From NCBI GenBank assembly GCA_037443445.1, contig JBBIOJ010000007.1, forward strand, positions 69,383 through 133,382: a stretch of 64,000 nt of DNA, read 5' to 3'. Source of the DNA: Desulfarculaceae bacterium. GTDB lineage: Bacteria > Desulfobacterota > Desulfocorpusculales > Desulfocorpusculum. How positions within the stretch are numbered: the first letter of the stretch is position 1; every line of letters starts with the position of its first letter. The position numbers were made by a program, and so were the translations under genes. The notes beneath the pieces are model-generated. The model had not been told where the DNA came from. It searched no databases and saw only the letters and a program-made list of their open reading frames with translations. Below, piece by piece: positions 1-9,688 of this stretch.

Positions 1-256
1 AAGGGTCCCTGATGTTGTTGATCTCTGCCACCTGCTGAAGCTCTGCCCCGTAAGCCTTGCAGATACGCCAAAGTGTTTCTCCCCTTTTGACCACATGGTA
101 AACACCCTGGGCCTTTTCCTGCGGGGTGTCCAGGGCGGGCGCCTGGACGGTTCTGATCTTCCTGGCCGGAGGCTGGGCAACTTGCCTCTTGGCCTCGCAC
201 CCCGTCAGGAGCAAGAGAACTCCTGCAAGGGCGGTCCAGCTCATCCAGCCCCTCAT
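1..256 (-). CDS. LysM-domain lipoprotein, NlpD-like (5' portion; gene continues beyond the window start)
   Basis: My own translation of the minus strand from 256 gives MRGWMSWTALAGVLLLLTGC (signal peptide with a lipobox-like LTGC) followed by a LysM motif YHVVKRGETLWRICKAYGAELQQVAEINNIRDP. It lies downstream of surE-pcm, as in the classic surE-pcm-nlpD arrangement. Confidence 0.6.
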   Translation of the reverse strand, partial: MRGWMSWTALAGVLLLLTGCEAKRQVAQPPARKIRTVQAPALDTPQEKAQGVYHVVKRGETLWRICKAYGAELQQVAEINNIRDP

Positions 257-283
257 GGGAGCGCTTCCGGGGCCCCTGCCCAA

Positions 284-949
284 CTACGGGTTCCAGCCAT
301 ATCTTCCCACCAGGTCCACGAAACGGCATCCCCCAAGGTCTTCCTGGTGAAACTCCTCCCCTTTTCTGAGGATCTTGTACATGGACTGGGAGAAGCGGTC
401 CCCCACTGGGATCACCAGGCGGCCCCCATCGGCAAGTTGTTCTTTCAGGGGTCGGGGGATCTCTGGGGCCCCGGCTGTGACCAGTATGCCGTTGTACGGG
501 GCGTTCTCAACCCAACCCTCGGTTCCGTCCCCTATCTTGATAGACACATTGTAAAGCCTCAGCTGGTCCAAGACCTTCCTGGCCTTCATAGCCAGGGAGC
601 GGATTCTCTCCACCGAATAGACCCATTGGCAAAGACTTGCCAGTATGGCTGTCTGGTACCCGGAGCCGGTACCGATCTCCAGGATCCGGTCAGTGGGGGT
701 AGGCTCCAGGGCTTCTGTCATCAGGGCAACAATGTAGGGCTGGGAAATAGTCTGTTTCTCCCCTATGGGCAATGGATGATCCTGATAGGCCTGATCCCAC
801 ATGCCCTCTTCCAGGAAAAGGTGGCGCGGGATTTCCCTCATGACCTGCAGCACCCTCGGGTTCCTGATCCCGCGGGCTGCTATCTGGGTTTCCACCATCT
901 TGCGGCGGGCCACTTCGAAGTCTTTCAAGGGAAGCCCTCCAGCCAGCAC
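284..949 (-). CDS. pcm: protein-L-isoaspartate O-methyltransferase (PIMT)
   Basis: 221 aa ORF; motifs RRKMVETQI, GEKQTISQPYIVALM, EIGTGSGYQTAIL (SAM-binding); located immediately downstream of surE. Confidence 0.85.
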   Translation of the reverse strand: MLAGGLPLKDFEVARRKMVETQIAARGIRNPRVLQVMREIPRHLFLEEGMWDQAYQDHPLPIGEKQTISQPYIVALMTEALEPTPTDRILEIGTGSGYQTAILASLCQWVYSVERIRSLAMKARKVLDQLRLYNVSIKIGDGTEGWVENAPYNGILVTAGAPEIPRPLKEQLADGGRLVIPVGDRFSQSMYKILRKGEEFHQEDLGGCRFVDLVGRYGWNP

Positions 950-1686
950 CTTTCCTGGAGACGGGCCATTGCCTCCTCATCCGTCATGTCCAGGCGCAAG
1001 GGGGTCACGGAGATCCAGCCCTCCATCACGGCCTCTATGTCAGAATTCCGAAGCTCCTCATGCCCGGGCTCCTCACCCCCTATCCAGTAATACTTCTGTC
1101 CCCTGGGATCCGTCTTCTCCACCACGGCCCCGTTGTAAACTCTTTTGCCTTGTCGAGTGATCCGCACCCCTTTTATTTCCTCGGGGGCCAAGTTGGGGAT
1201 GTTCACATTGAGAAACACAGGGGAACAGCCCCTCTCCTCCAGGAGCTTTCTGGCCAGCTCCTGGGCGAAGCGGCATGCCACCTGGAACCTGAAATCCTTC
1301 CTGGCCACCAGGGACACGGCAAAGGAGGTTATGCCCATCCTGGCCCCCTCCATGGCGGCAGAGACGGTTCCTGAGTAAAGGATGTCGTCTCCCAGGTTCC
1401 CGCCCTTGTTTATGCCGGAGATGACCAGGTCTGGCCTGCGTCCCCCAAGAACCCTGTGCATGGCCAGTAAGATGCAGTCCGTAGGGGTACCGTCCACAGA
1501 GAAAAAGCCTGGGGCAACCTGTTTGAGCCTAAGCGGACGGTGCATGGTGAGGGCGTGGCTGGAAGCGCTTTGCTCCCTGTCTGGGGCCACGGCCACCACC
1601 TCTCCCAGGGAACTTAAGGCTTCGGCCAGAACCTTCAGCCCTTCGGAGTGGATTCCGTCATCGTTGGAAATCAGAATAAGGCTCAT
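925..1686 (-). CDS. surE: 5'/3'-nucleotidase SurE
   Basis: MSLILISNDDGIHSEGL start typical of SurE; DxDG metal-binding motif; about 254 aa. The upstream in-frame ATG at 1710 is probably not the true start. Confidence 0.85.
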   Translation of the reverse strand: MSLILISNDDGIHSEGLKVLAEALSSLGEVVAVAPDREQSASSHALTMHRPLRLKQVAPGFFSVDGTPTDCILLAMHRVLGGRRPDLVISGINKGGNLGDDILYSGTVSAAMEGARMGITSFAVSLVARKDFRFQVACRFAQELARKLLEERGCSPVFLNVNIPNLAPEEIKGVRITRQGKRVYNGAVVEKTDPRGQKYYWIGGEEPGHEELRNSDIEAVMEGWISVTPLRLDMTDEEAMARLQERCWLEGFP

Positions 1687-1746
1687 GCAGGCCAAGTCGC
1701 TCCAAGCCACAGGTCAAGCCATTTATACCATGGCCCCCCCTCTCCA

Positions 1747-2598
1747 TCAACCAAGCCCATGCCTCTGCTTTGATCTACGGCTGTCTTGTCCCGGGGCTCT
1801 GGACTGGAATCCCAGGACTTGCCCTTGCTGGAACCAGTTCCTGACACGAATCGAGGCAATCCCCAGATACTCGTGAACAGCATGGCGGACCTTGAGGAGA
1901 TTTTCCGAGCTGGGATATTTTCGGGAGGGGCTGGGCTGCTTTGCTTCTCTTGCCATGTGGCCTGTAGGGGCCGCAACAGGGCGCATGCCCAGTGCCTGGA
2001 AGATTTCCATGGCTCTGGGCATGTGAATGGCTGAGGTCACAAGCACGAAAGGTTCTTCGGCCAGCATGCCCTTTATCTCCCGAGCCTGCTCCTCCGTGTC
2101 CCTGGAGTTTTCCTCCAGCACCATGCGCCTGGGATCCACCCCCAGGGACAAGGCTGCCTCAGCCATGACCCGGGCATTGGAGACGGGGTCGTGGAGCTTT
2201 CCGCCTGAGAGGAGAAGCCGGCTTCGAGGAATGAGATGGTGAATGCTTATTGCTTCGGCCAGCCGAGCCAGGGAAGCCTCGTCCAGCCTCGCTATGGGCG
2301 GTAACTTGGGATCCGAGACGTGTCCACTTCCCAAGACCACCACCCAGCGAACATCTTTCAGGGCCTCGCTGAATACAAAGGGGGGATGTTTTTCTTCCAG
2401 AGGCCTGACCAGGCTGTCGGCCACAGGGCCCCAGCTAAGCCCGGCCAGGGCCATGGTTCCAAGAGTCACCAGCAGCCTTCCGGCTCTTTTCCAGGGCGTG
2501 ATCCAGAGGAGAAAAAGCCCCGAGCCCAGGGCCAGAAGCACTGCAGGGACAGGATAAAGCGCAGAGGAGATGGCCTTCTTCATGAGGAACCAATCCAT
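1747..2598 (-). CDS. DUF218 (YdcF/ElyC/SanA family) membrane-anchored protein
   Basis: N-terminal hydrophobic segment; core VVVLGSGH...LLLSGG is characteristic of DUF218. Confidence 0.55.
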   Translation of the reverse strand: MDWFLMKKAISSALYPVPAVLLALGSGLFLLWITPWKRAGRLLVTLGTMALAGLSWGPVADSLVRPLEEKHPPFVFSEALKDVRWVVVLGSGHVSDPKLPPIARLDEASLARLAEAISIHHLIPRSRLLLSGGKLHDPVSNARVMAEAALSLGVDPRRMVLEENSRDTEEQAREIKGMLAEEPFVLVTSAIHMPRAMEIFQALGMRPVAAPTGHMAREAKQPSPSRKYPSSENLLKVRHAVHEYLGIASIRVRNWFQQGQVLGFQSRAPGQDSRRSKQRHGLG

Positions 2599-3519
2599 TC
2601 AAACCTCCCTGCAACCGGATTTCCAAATCCCCAAGCTTTCCCCAAGTAGCTCTTGAGCCGAGCGCGGGCTCCAGCCAAGGAGCTTGGAAGCCAAAGAGAC
2701 CTTCAGGGTCAGATCCTTGGGGCGAGGGGTGGGACTTTCTCTGAGTCTGGCCCTTGGGACCTGCTGTGGGTCCAAGCACATGGCCCTGGCCAGAAGGCAG
2801 GCCAGGAAGTAGCGGCTCACGGAGTGGGACCCGGCTATATGCAGCACAGGGGGGAGGGGAGAGTGGGTGAGGACCATTTGGGCCATGGCAGCGCAGAGCT
2901 CCTCTATGAAAACGGCCGAGCGAATTTCATCCTCAAAGTAAGGGTAATCGAAAGCCCCGGTTCTGAAGCCTTTCATCAAAGATTGGGTGCGAGGATCCGG
3001 AGGGTTCAGGCCGTATACCAGGGAGGTCCTCAGCACATGGGCCCCGGCCTGCAGGGCCATGGCCTCTGCCTTCAGCTTTGCCCTCCCGTAAGAGGTGATG
3101 GGCCTTGGGGAATCCTCCTCCCCGTAAGGAGGGTTTTCCCCGTCAAACACCATGTCTGTGGAAAGGTAGAAAAAGCGTCTCCCGCCCCCAAGAGTCTCCC
3201 AGGCTGCCAAGAGGTTTCGGGTGCCCTGGACCACACTGCCCTCCAGGTCCTGCATGTCATAGGCCAAGTGGAAGATCACTTGAGGCTCTAGCTCTGTCAG
3301 CAATCGGCTCACTTGAGCCGAGTCTCTTATATCCAAAAATCTGGCATTTGATTCCATGGAGACCGGGTTTCTGAGAAAAGTGGCCCACACCTCCAGGCCT
3401 TGTTTTCTGAGAAGAGCAAGCAAATGCCTTCCCAGGTACCCACTTCCCCCAACTATGAGAACCCGCGGCTTGGATTCCAGCACGAAACCTCCTGAGACAT
3501 GAGCAGAGTTTTTCCTCAT
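2599..3519 (-). CDS. NAD-dependent epimerase/dehydratase family protein (RmlD-like reductase)
   Basis: Rossmann motif VLIVGGSGYLG; YxxxK (YGRAK); extended SDR fold, about 300 aa. Confidence 0.65.
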   Translation of the reverse strand: MRKNSAHVSGGFVLESKPRVLIVGGSGYLGRHLLALLRKQGLEVWATFLRNPVSMESNARFLDIRDSAQVSRLLTELEPQVIFHLAYDMQDLEGSVVQGTRNLLAAWETLGGGRRFFYLSTDMVFDGENPPYGEEDSPRPITSYGRAKLKAEAMALQAGAHVLRTSLVYGLNPPDPRTQSLMKGFRTGAFDYPYFEDEIRSAVFIEELCAAMAQMVLTHSPLPPVLHIAGSHSVSRYFLACLLARAMCLDPQQVPRARLRESPTPRPKDLTLKVSLASKLLGWSPRSAQELLGESLGIWKSGCREV

Positions 3520-3820
3520 CCAGCCCGGATCTTAGGGAAGGATCCCCCTCCAGTCAATCCGTCGGGTTTCGCGCCCTGGAGAGCTTCATAACATTTCCCC
3601 GGCGGTGCTGGCTTTCATGTGCCCTGGGGGTCGGATGTGGCCCTTCAAAGAGGGCTCTGGGATGCTTGTTTAGGTCCAGAGGGGCAGGGTCCGTTCAAAG
3701 CCTTGGAGATGTGCGTGGTTGAACGAATGGCCAGGCCTGGTCCAGGGGTTTACATGCATGTCAGGACTGCGTTATCATAACTAACTTCAGAGAGCCGATC
3801 CCAATGCTTCGGAGACTGCC

Positions 3821-4183
3821 ATGGATGCCCAGAAGCTAGATTTTTTCCGTAAGCTGCTAAACGAGAGGCTCGAGGCTCTGCTCAACGATGCGGCTCGCAC
3901 CATGACCAACATGACAGATGAGGAAGAAAGCTTCCCGGATCCCACTGATAGGGCCTCTGTAGAGAGTGATAGGAATTTTATGCTCCGCATAAGGGACAGG
4001 GAGAGGAAGCTCATCTCCAAGATCCGTGAAGCCCTGGACAGAATAGAGAAAGGCACCTATGGGGTCTGCGAGGAGTGCGGTGAGGAAATCTCAGAACAGC
4101 GGCTCCTGGCCAGACCAGTGACCACTTTGTGCATAGATTGCAAGACCTCACAGGAGGAAGACGAGCGCCGCAGGGGGGAATGA
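3821..4183 (+). CDS. dksA: RNA polymerase-binding transcription factor DksA (DksA/TraR C4 zinc finger)
   Basis: 120 aa; coiled-coil N-terminus with acidic tip; C-terminal CEECGEEI...CIDC zinc finger. Confidence 0.85.
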   Translation: MDAQKLDFFRKLLNERLEALLNDAARTMTNMTDEEESFPDPTDRASVESDRNFMLRIRDRERKLISKIREALDRIEKGTYGVCEECGEEISEQRLLARPVTTLCIDCKTSQEEDERRRGE

Positions 4184-4370
4184 CTAAGCAGAGCTCTAAA
4201 GGAGTGAAGTATCTTCTGAGCTGAGCAACCAGAACCAGGCCATTTCTGCAGCCCAAGAAAGACGGTGGCTTCTCCCCCTCAACGTTGAAGAAATTCCCTC
4301 CTTCGTGTTACTATCGCCCCATCCTGCTATAGCTTGGTGGTTTTTCCTTAAGGTTTAAAAGGATCTGAAA

Positions 4371-6737
4371 ATGGATCTACTTCACACTCTGGAGCGGGTA
4401 AGAGAAATTGCCCGAGGGGGTGGCCCACTGCAGAGGCGGGTGGGTGAAGTCTTGGCTTTCCTCGCCCAGGAGCTGGGTTTCGACTCGGCGGTGCTTTACC
4501 TGAAGGATAAGGATGGACTCTGCTTTGAGCCCTTCCAGGCCAGTCACGGTTGGGAGCTGGTCAGGGGAAGTGGTCCCTTTCCCATTGGGGAGGGGGTGGT
4601 GGGGGCATGCGGTGCGGAGGGCAGGGTGATTTTCCTGGACAAGTCAGCTCCCCAGGGTTTGAGTCAGCCTGGCTGGGGAGATGATTTCCCGGCCTATGTC
4701 ACAGTCCTGGCTGTGCCTACGGGAGAGTCGGGCTCTGTACAGGAGGGGGTTCTGGTATTTCTTTGTGGGACATCCAAGGCAGTCTCTCAGGAGCAGATAA
4801 GGCTTCTTAGACTGGCAGGGGGTGAGTTGACCGGGGTGCTGGCCGTGGAGGAACTCAAAGAGCAGCTCCTCTTGAGACTCCAAGAAATGGATGCCCTCAA
4901 CGAGGTTGGGAAAGCTGTGGGAGGGACTTTGGATCTGGACCCTCTCATGGAGCTGGCCCTGGAGGCAACGGTCAGAGTGGTGGGGGCTCGTGCCGGGGTT
5001 TTGAGGCTCCTGGATGAGGAGTCGCAGCTTCACAGGGTGACATCGGTTGCAGGAGGCGGAATAAAGCGCAAAGAGGAGTTCAGGACCGAGCCGTCTACTG
5101 ACTGTCCTGTGGTCAAAACGGTCAGACCCCATCGCATGTCAATTTCAGAAGGAGCAGGTGTGTGTTCCGGTGAAGGGCTCGGCATCGAGGTGAAGACCTG
5201 CGCGTGCGTTCCCCTTGTGGAGAGGGGGAAGACAATGGGGGTGATGAGCCTGTACGATCGGCTGTCAGGTTCCGGGGGGGAGCCAGAGAGTTTTTCAGAT
5301 CAGGATCTGAGCCTCCTGGAGATAATGGCAGGTTTCATAGCCGGGGCACTTTCCAGGGCCATGCACCACAGGCACATAGAGCAGCTGGTCCAGGAGAAGG
5401 AGTCCATGGTGAGGGAACTGTCCATCCTCTATGCCAGCGGCTCTGCCATGATGAAAGCCACGGAGCTGGAACGGCTCTTGAGAGTGATACTCGTGGCCCT
5501 CACCTTGGGGAATGGGCTGGGATTCAATCGAGCCATGCTTTTCCTGGTAAACGAGAGCGATGGAGTCCTGGAAGGCAGGGTGGGTGTGGGTCCGGCAAGT
5601 GCAGAAGAGGCAGGGAAAATATGGGGTGAGATGACAAGATCCCAATGGAGCCTACCCCAGTGGTTGGACTGGGCCCTATCTCAAGACGCGGAGACGAGGG
5701 AGACCACCATGATCCAAAAGGTGGCAGCCTCCATCAAGGTGCCCTTGGACGACACCGAATGCGTGCTCGTTCGTGCCTTGAGGGCCAAAGGGGCCTTTTG
5801 CCTGGATCCGAGGGAGAATCCAAGGGGAATCGAGTTGCTGAGGCCCCTGGAGATAGGCACGCAGTGCGCCATGGCCCCAGTGGTGGCAAGGGGAGATGCC
5901 CTGGGGGTTATCCTTGTGGACAATCTTTACTCCAAACGATCCATTGGCGAAAGAGATCTCAGATTCCTGGGCGCCTTTGCCTCTCTTGCCGGTCTGGCCA
6001 TTCAGAATGCCATGTTTTTCGAGAGCCTCAGAAGAGCTCACCAAGAGCTTCAGGCCATGCAGCAGCGCCTGGTTCAGTCGGAAAAACTGGCCGCCCTGGG
6101 AGAGTTCGCGGCCACAATGGCCCACGAGATCAGGAATCCATTGGTTTCCATAGGGGGGTACGCCAGGCTCCTGCAAAAGAGGCACAAAGACGATTATTCC
6201 AGGATCATATATGAGGAGGTCGAGAGACTGGAGGGAATTCTGGGCAGGGTTCTGGATTTCTCCAAGATATCCCCTGGCCAAAGGGTGGAAACCGATATCT
6301 GCGCCCTCCTGGAGGAATGTTACAGGTCTGTGCGTATTCAACTCCAGGAGCCGCGACTCAAGGTCAGAAAAGAATTCACCAGCGGCCTGCCGCCGGTGCA
6401 GTGCGACAGGGACCAGCTCAAGCAGGTGTTCCTGAACCTCATGCAGAACGCACTGGATGCCATGGGCGGCAAGGGGGTGCTGGATATCAAGACCTATCTG
6501 GCCTCCGAGGAAGAGGGGCTTTGGGTGGTGGTGGAGCTTTCAGACACTGGCGGCGGCATACCCTCGGATGTTCTTCCCAACATCTTCAACCCGTTTTTCA
6601 CCACAAAGAACAAGGGCACCGGCTTGGGCTTGGCCATAGTGCGCAGGATACTCGAGATGCACGGGGCCAGGATCGAGGTGGACAATCGTCCGGGGGAAGG
6701 CACCACTTTCAGGATAAAGCTGCCCCCTTGTTTTTGA
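4371..6737 (+). CDS. GAF-domain sensor histidine kinase (orphan; no adjacent response regulator)
   Basis: 788 aa; several GAF-like segments; H-box HEIRNPLVSIGGYARLL; HATPase_c N/G boxes (NLMQNALDA, DTGGGIP, GTGLGLAIV). Confidence 0.85.
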   Translation: MDLLHTLERVREIARGGGPLQRRVGEVLAFLAQELGFDSAVLYLKDKDGLCFEPFQASHGWELVRGSGPFPIGEGVVGACGAEGRVIFLDKSAPQGLSQPGWGDDFPAYVTVLAVPTGESGSVQEGVLVFLCGTSKAVSQEQIRLLRLAGGELTGVLAVEELKEQLLLRLQEMDALNEVGKAVGGTLDLDPLMELALEATVRVVGARAGVLRLLDEESQLHRVTSVAGGGIKRKEEFRTEPSTDCPVVKTVRPHRMSISEGAGVCSGEGLGIEVKTCACVPLVERGKTMGVMSLYDRLSGSGGEPESFSDQDLSLLEIMAGFIAGALSRAMHHRHIEQLVQEKESMVRELSILYASGSAMMKATELERLLRVILVALTLGNGLGFNRAMLFLVNESDGVLEGRVGVGPASAEEAGKIWGEMTRSQWSLPQWLDWALSQDAETRETTMIQKVAASIKVPLDDTECVLVRALRAKGAFCLDPRENPRGIELLRPLEIGTQCAMAPVVARGDALGVILVDNLYSKRSIGERDLRFLGAFASLAGLAIQNAMFFESLRRAHQELQAMQQRLVQSEKLAALGEFAATMAHEIRNPLVSIGGYARLLQKRHKDDYSRIIYEEVERLEGILGRVLDFSKISPGQRVETDICALLEECYRSVRIQLQEPRLKVRKEFTSGLPPVQCDRDQLKQVFLNLMQNALDAMGGKGVLDIKTYLASEEEGLWVVVELSDTGGGIPSDVLPNIFNPFFTTKNKGTGLGLAIVRRILEMHGARIEVDNRPGEGTTFRIKLPPCF

Positions 6738-6740
6738 ATC

Positions 6741-7634
6741 ATGCCTGAGATCTCACGCGAATGGTGGCGCCTCAGAATTTCTTTGAAGCAATGGGCCCAG
6801 GACGCTCTGGTTTCCTTCTTGCACGAGAACGGCTGCAATGGCGCGGAGTTCTTGGATGCCCAGCCGAGTCATCTGCTCCTGGCCTATTGCAGGGATGAGC
6901 CAGCCTCCCGCAGCCTGTGCCAAAGGCTCTGGGAATATTCCAGAGCTCTGGGGGAGATTCATGGTGAGTGCCCCGTAGTGGGCATAGAGCTGGAAAGGAT
7001 CAAGGACCCGGGCTGGGCACACGCCTGGAAGGCTCATTTCAGGCCTTCGAGGCTCAGCCGGAGACTGGCTGTAAGACCGCCCTGGAGCTCTTTTGATGGG
7101 CCGGAAGGACTCAGGGTGATTCAGATAGAGCCCGGACAAGCATTTGGAACGGGGTTGCACGAGACGACCAGACTTTGCATGGAATGGCTGGATGATCTCC
7201 TGAGAGACTCCCCCATACCCCGGACCGGAATGGATCTGGGCACCGGAACAGGTATCTTGGCCATGGCCATGGCTCTTCTGGGTGTGAGACAGGTACTGGC
7301 TTTGGACCAGGATCCCCTGGCAGTGGAGGCAGCCCTGGAAAACGTAAGGAACAATAACCTGGTGGAGACCATCCAGGTGGTGCAAGGCTCTTTGGATGCA
7401 GCGGGCGAGAGACTCTTTCCCTTGGTGGTAGCCAATCTGACCGGAACTGTGCTTATGGGAATGGCAAGAGAGCTGGCAAAGAGGGTATGCCCTGGGGGGA
7501 AGCTCCTTGTCTCCGGGATTCTGGGAGAAGAAGCAAAGCATGTGGCCGAGGCATTCAGGAGGGCCGGGATGAGAAAGCTGGGATCCAGGCGAAGGGGAGA
7601 ATGGCGGGCCATGCTCCTGGCTGTGAGAAAATGA
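6741..7634 (+). CDS. prmA: ribosomal protein L11 methyltransferase
   Basis: Motif FGTGLHETTRLC plus SAM motif DLGTGTGILAMA; about 297 aa. Confidence 0.8.
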   Translation: MPEISREWWRLRISLKQWAQDALVSFLHENGCNGAEFLDAQPSHLLLAYCRDEPASRSLCQRLWEYSRALGEIHGECPVVGIELERIKDPGWAHAWKAHFRPSRLSRRLAVRPPWSSFDGPEGLRVIQIEPGQAFGTGLHETTRLCMEWLDDLLRDSPIPRTGMDLGTGTGILAMAMALLGVRQVLALDQDPLAVEAALENVRNNNLVETIQVVQGSLDAAGERLFPLVVANLTGTVLMGMARELAKRVCPGGKLLVSGILGEEAKHVAEAFRRAGMRKLGSRRRGEWRAMLLAVRK

Positions 7635-8383
7635 GCCGGCCCAGGGTGCTTGTGAGAGGACCCCTCAGGGCAGGGGATTTCCTTTGTTTGGACAAGAGGG
7701 AGTCCAGGAGGCTTCGGCGGGTGCTGAGGCTGAATCCAGGGGCGGAGGTAGTGGTTTTTGACGGTGAGGGCTCAGAGGGAAGGGCCAGGTTGGGACGACT
7801 GGACAAAGAGGGGCACCTGGTTCTGGAAGTGCTGGAATCCAAGCTTCTGGACAGGGAGTCCCCTTTGATGGTGCGCCTTGTGCAAGGTCTGCCAAGAGGG
7901 ATGAAGATGGAGTGGGTGTTGCAAAAGGCCACAGAGCTGGGGGTGGCTCAGGTGGGGCTGCTCAGTTCCCAACGCTCGGTCTGCTCGGGAAGGGACTTGC
8001 GAGAAAAGGGAAAGTGGTCTCGCTGGCTCAAGATATTGGAAGAGGCTTCCAGACAGTGTGGAAGGAACAGGGTTCCAGATTTGCTGGGCCCATGGAGCCT
8101 GGACGAATTCTTGAGAGTCTCGAAGGCTGAAGCTTTGAAGCTGGTTTTGTGGGAAAGTGCTTTGGATAGACCGCTAAGAAATGTGATGGCCTCGCTGAAG
8201 GAGATCCCGGGCAGTGTGTGGCTCGTGGTGGGGCCTGAGGGGGGGTTTGAGGCCTGGGAGGTGGAGAAGCTGCTTGGGGCAGGCTTTGTCCCGGTGGGTC
8301 TCGGCCCCAGGATACTTCGCACAGAGACAGTCGGGGTGGCTGCCTTGGCTCTCTTGCAGTTCCTTTACGGGGATCTGGGTTGA
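7631..8383 (+). CDS. rsmE: 16S rRNA (uracil1498-N3)-methyltransferase RsmE
   Basis: MSRPRVLV start overlapping the prmA stop; PUA-like N-terminus and SPOUT C-terminus (LVVGPEGGF..E..L). The longer ORF from 7487 overlaps prmA and is rejected. Confidence 0.7.
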   Translation: MSRPRVLVRGPLRAGDFLCLDKRESRRLRRVLRLNPGAEVVVFDGEGSEGRARLGRLDKEGHLVLEVLESKLLDRESPLMVRLVQGLPRGMKMEWVLQKATELGVAQVGLLSSQRSVCSGRDLREKGKWSRWLKILEEASRQCGRNRVPDLLGPWSLDEFLRVSKAEALKLVLWESALDRPLRNVMASLKEIPGSVWLVVGPEGGFEAWEVEKLLGAGFVPVGLGPRILRTETVGVAALALLQFLYGDLG

Positions 8384-8708
8384 CTCACCCAAAAACACAA
8401 GTTGCAAAGGAGGGTCTTTCTCTGATTCCCAGGGGGAGCACCCCAAAGGCTCTTCGCAAATCCGCTTCGGAGTTCTTGCCAAGGCCGAAGATGCTGGAGG
8501 CACTTGCCCCATGGGTCCAGGGAGAGACTTATCCTGTTTCTTGCCATGCCCTCGGAGCCCAGGCATTCCCTTTTAGGGGAGTTTCCCGGGGGAGGTTGAG
8601 CCTCCCCAAGGTCTTGGGGCGGTCCGGCTTCTATTTGCCCCAACAGCACGCGCAGGCCTTGGGCCTTGACTGGGAGCCTTCCTTGAGCTATACAAGAGGT
8701 TGTGCAAG

Positions 8709-8781
8709 GCCGAGGTAGCTCAGTCGGTAGAGCAGTGGACTGAAAATCCGCGTGTCGGCGGTTCGATTCCGTCCCTCGGCA
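8709..8781 (+). tRNA. tRNA-Phe (anticodon GAA)
   Basis: Manual fold: acceptor GCCGAGG/CCTCGGC, D-arm GCTC-AGTCGGTA-GAGC, anticodon stem GTGGA/TCCGC with loop CTGAAAA, T-arm GGCGG-TTCGATT-CCGTC, discriminator A; 73 nt; CCA not encoded. Confidence 0.85.
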
Positions 8782-8844
8782 CATCCAAGTCAGGGGGGTG
8801 ATGGCAGGTCCCATCAGCCCCCTTCTTTTTTGGGAGGGAGAGCT

Positions 8845-9630
8845 ATGGAAGAGTCAGCGCGTCTGGCAGGCTGGGTCCTGGAGTCCTCCAATACAATAGG
8901 CTTCACAGGGGCCGGGATCAGCACCGAGAGTGGAATCCCGGATTTCAGGAGCCCTGGTGGACTTTGGCAGAAATATGACCCAGAGGATTTCACCTTCCAG
9001 AGGTTCATCTCCAACGCTTTTTCCAGGGAACAGTACTGGAAGATGAGCACAGAGGCCTTTGCCCTGATAAGCCGGGCAAGGCCCAATGCCGCCCATCTGG
9101 CCTTGGCAGAGCTAGAGCGCATGGGACTCTTGGCTTGCGTGATCACCCAAAACATAGACGGATTGCATCAACTGGCAGGTAGTTCCCCCTCCAGGGTCAT
9201 AGAACTGCACGGCACCTGCAGGACAGTATCCTGCCTTTCCTGCAAGAAACGCTGGCCCAGGCAGGAGGTGCACGCCATGGTCTTGAGGGGCGTGAAGGTG
9301 CCCCTGTGTGATGCCTGCGGAGGGCTTCTGAAGCCTGACACAGTCTCCTTTGGACAGCCCATGCCAGAGAAAGAGACATCAGAGGCTTTTGATCGTTCCC
9401 AGGAGGCGGAACTCTTCCTGGTGCTGGGTTCCTCGCTGCTGGTGCAACCCGCGGCCTCCATGCCTTTAGTGGCCAAGCAAAATGGAGCCAGGTTGGTCAT
9501 AGTCAACAGGGATGCCACCCCCTTGGACCGGGTGGCCGACCTGGTGATCAGAGGCTCTTGCGGGCTGGTCATGGAGCGAGTCTTGGGGGAGGTGAAAAAG
9601 CATCAAAGTTCATCCTTCAGACCCTCCTGA
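8845..9630 (+). CDS. cobB: NAD-dependent protein deacylase (Sir2/CobB family)
   Basis: GAGISTESGIPDFRSPGGLW NAD-binding motif; zinc Cys pairs CLSCKK...CDACGG; MEESARL start chosen over the upstream in-frame extension. Confidence 0.85.
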   Translation: MEESARLAGWVLESSNTIGFTGAGISTESGIPDFRSPGGLWQKYDPEDFTFQRFISNAFSREQYWKMSTEAFALISRARPNAAHLALAELERMGLLACVITQNIDGLHQLAGSSPSRVIELHGTCRTVSCLSCKKRWPRQEVHAMVLRGVKVPLCDACGGLLKPDTVSFGQPMPEKETSEAFDRSQEAELFLVLGSSLLVQPAASMPLVAKQNGARLVIVNRDATPLDRVADLVIRGSCGLVMERVLGEVKKHQSSSFRPS

Positions 9631-9688
9631 TCCCCCGGCTTCTTAAGGCAGGACCGGAGATAAATGCCCCCGGGCCGGGCAAGCGCTC

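Noticed and set aside
95-1090. 331-aa plus-strand ORF spanning pcm and surE
   Set aside because: Antisense to two well-supported genes (PIMT and SurE motifs on the minus strand). The translation is low-complexity and Pro/Gly/Arg-rich, typical of a high-GC antisense frame.
5676-6341. 221-aa minus-strand ORF inside the histidine kinase gene (also 4644-5132 -, 5295-5645 -)
   Set aside because: Antisense to the kinase coding frame, which has an unambiguous H-box and HATPase motifs. No RBS and no recognisable motifs.
6753-7541. 262-aa minus-strand ORF antisense to prmA (and 7121-7612 -)
   Set aside because: prmA on the plus strand carries clear methyltransferase motifs. The antisense ORF is compositionally biased.
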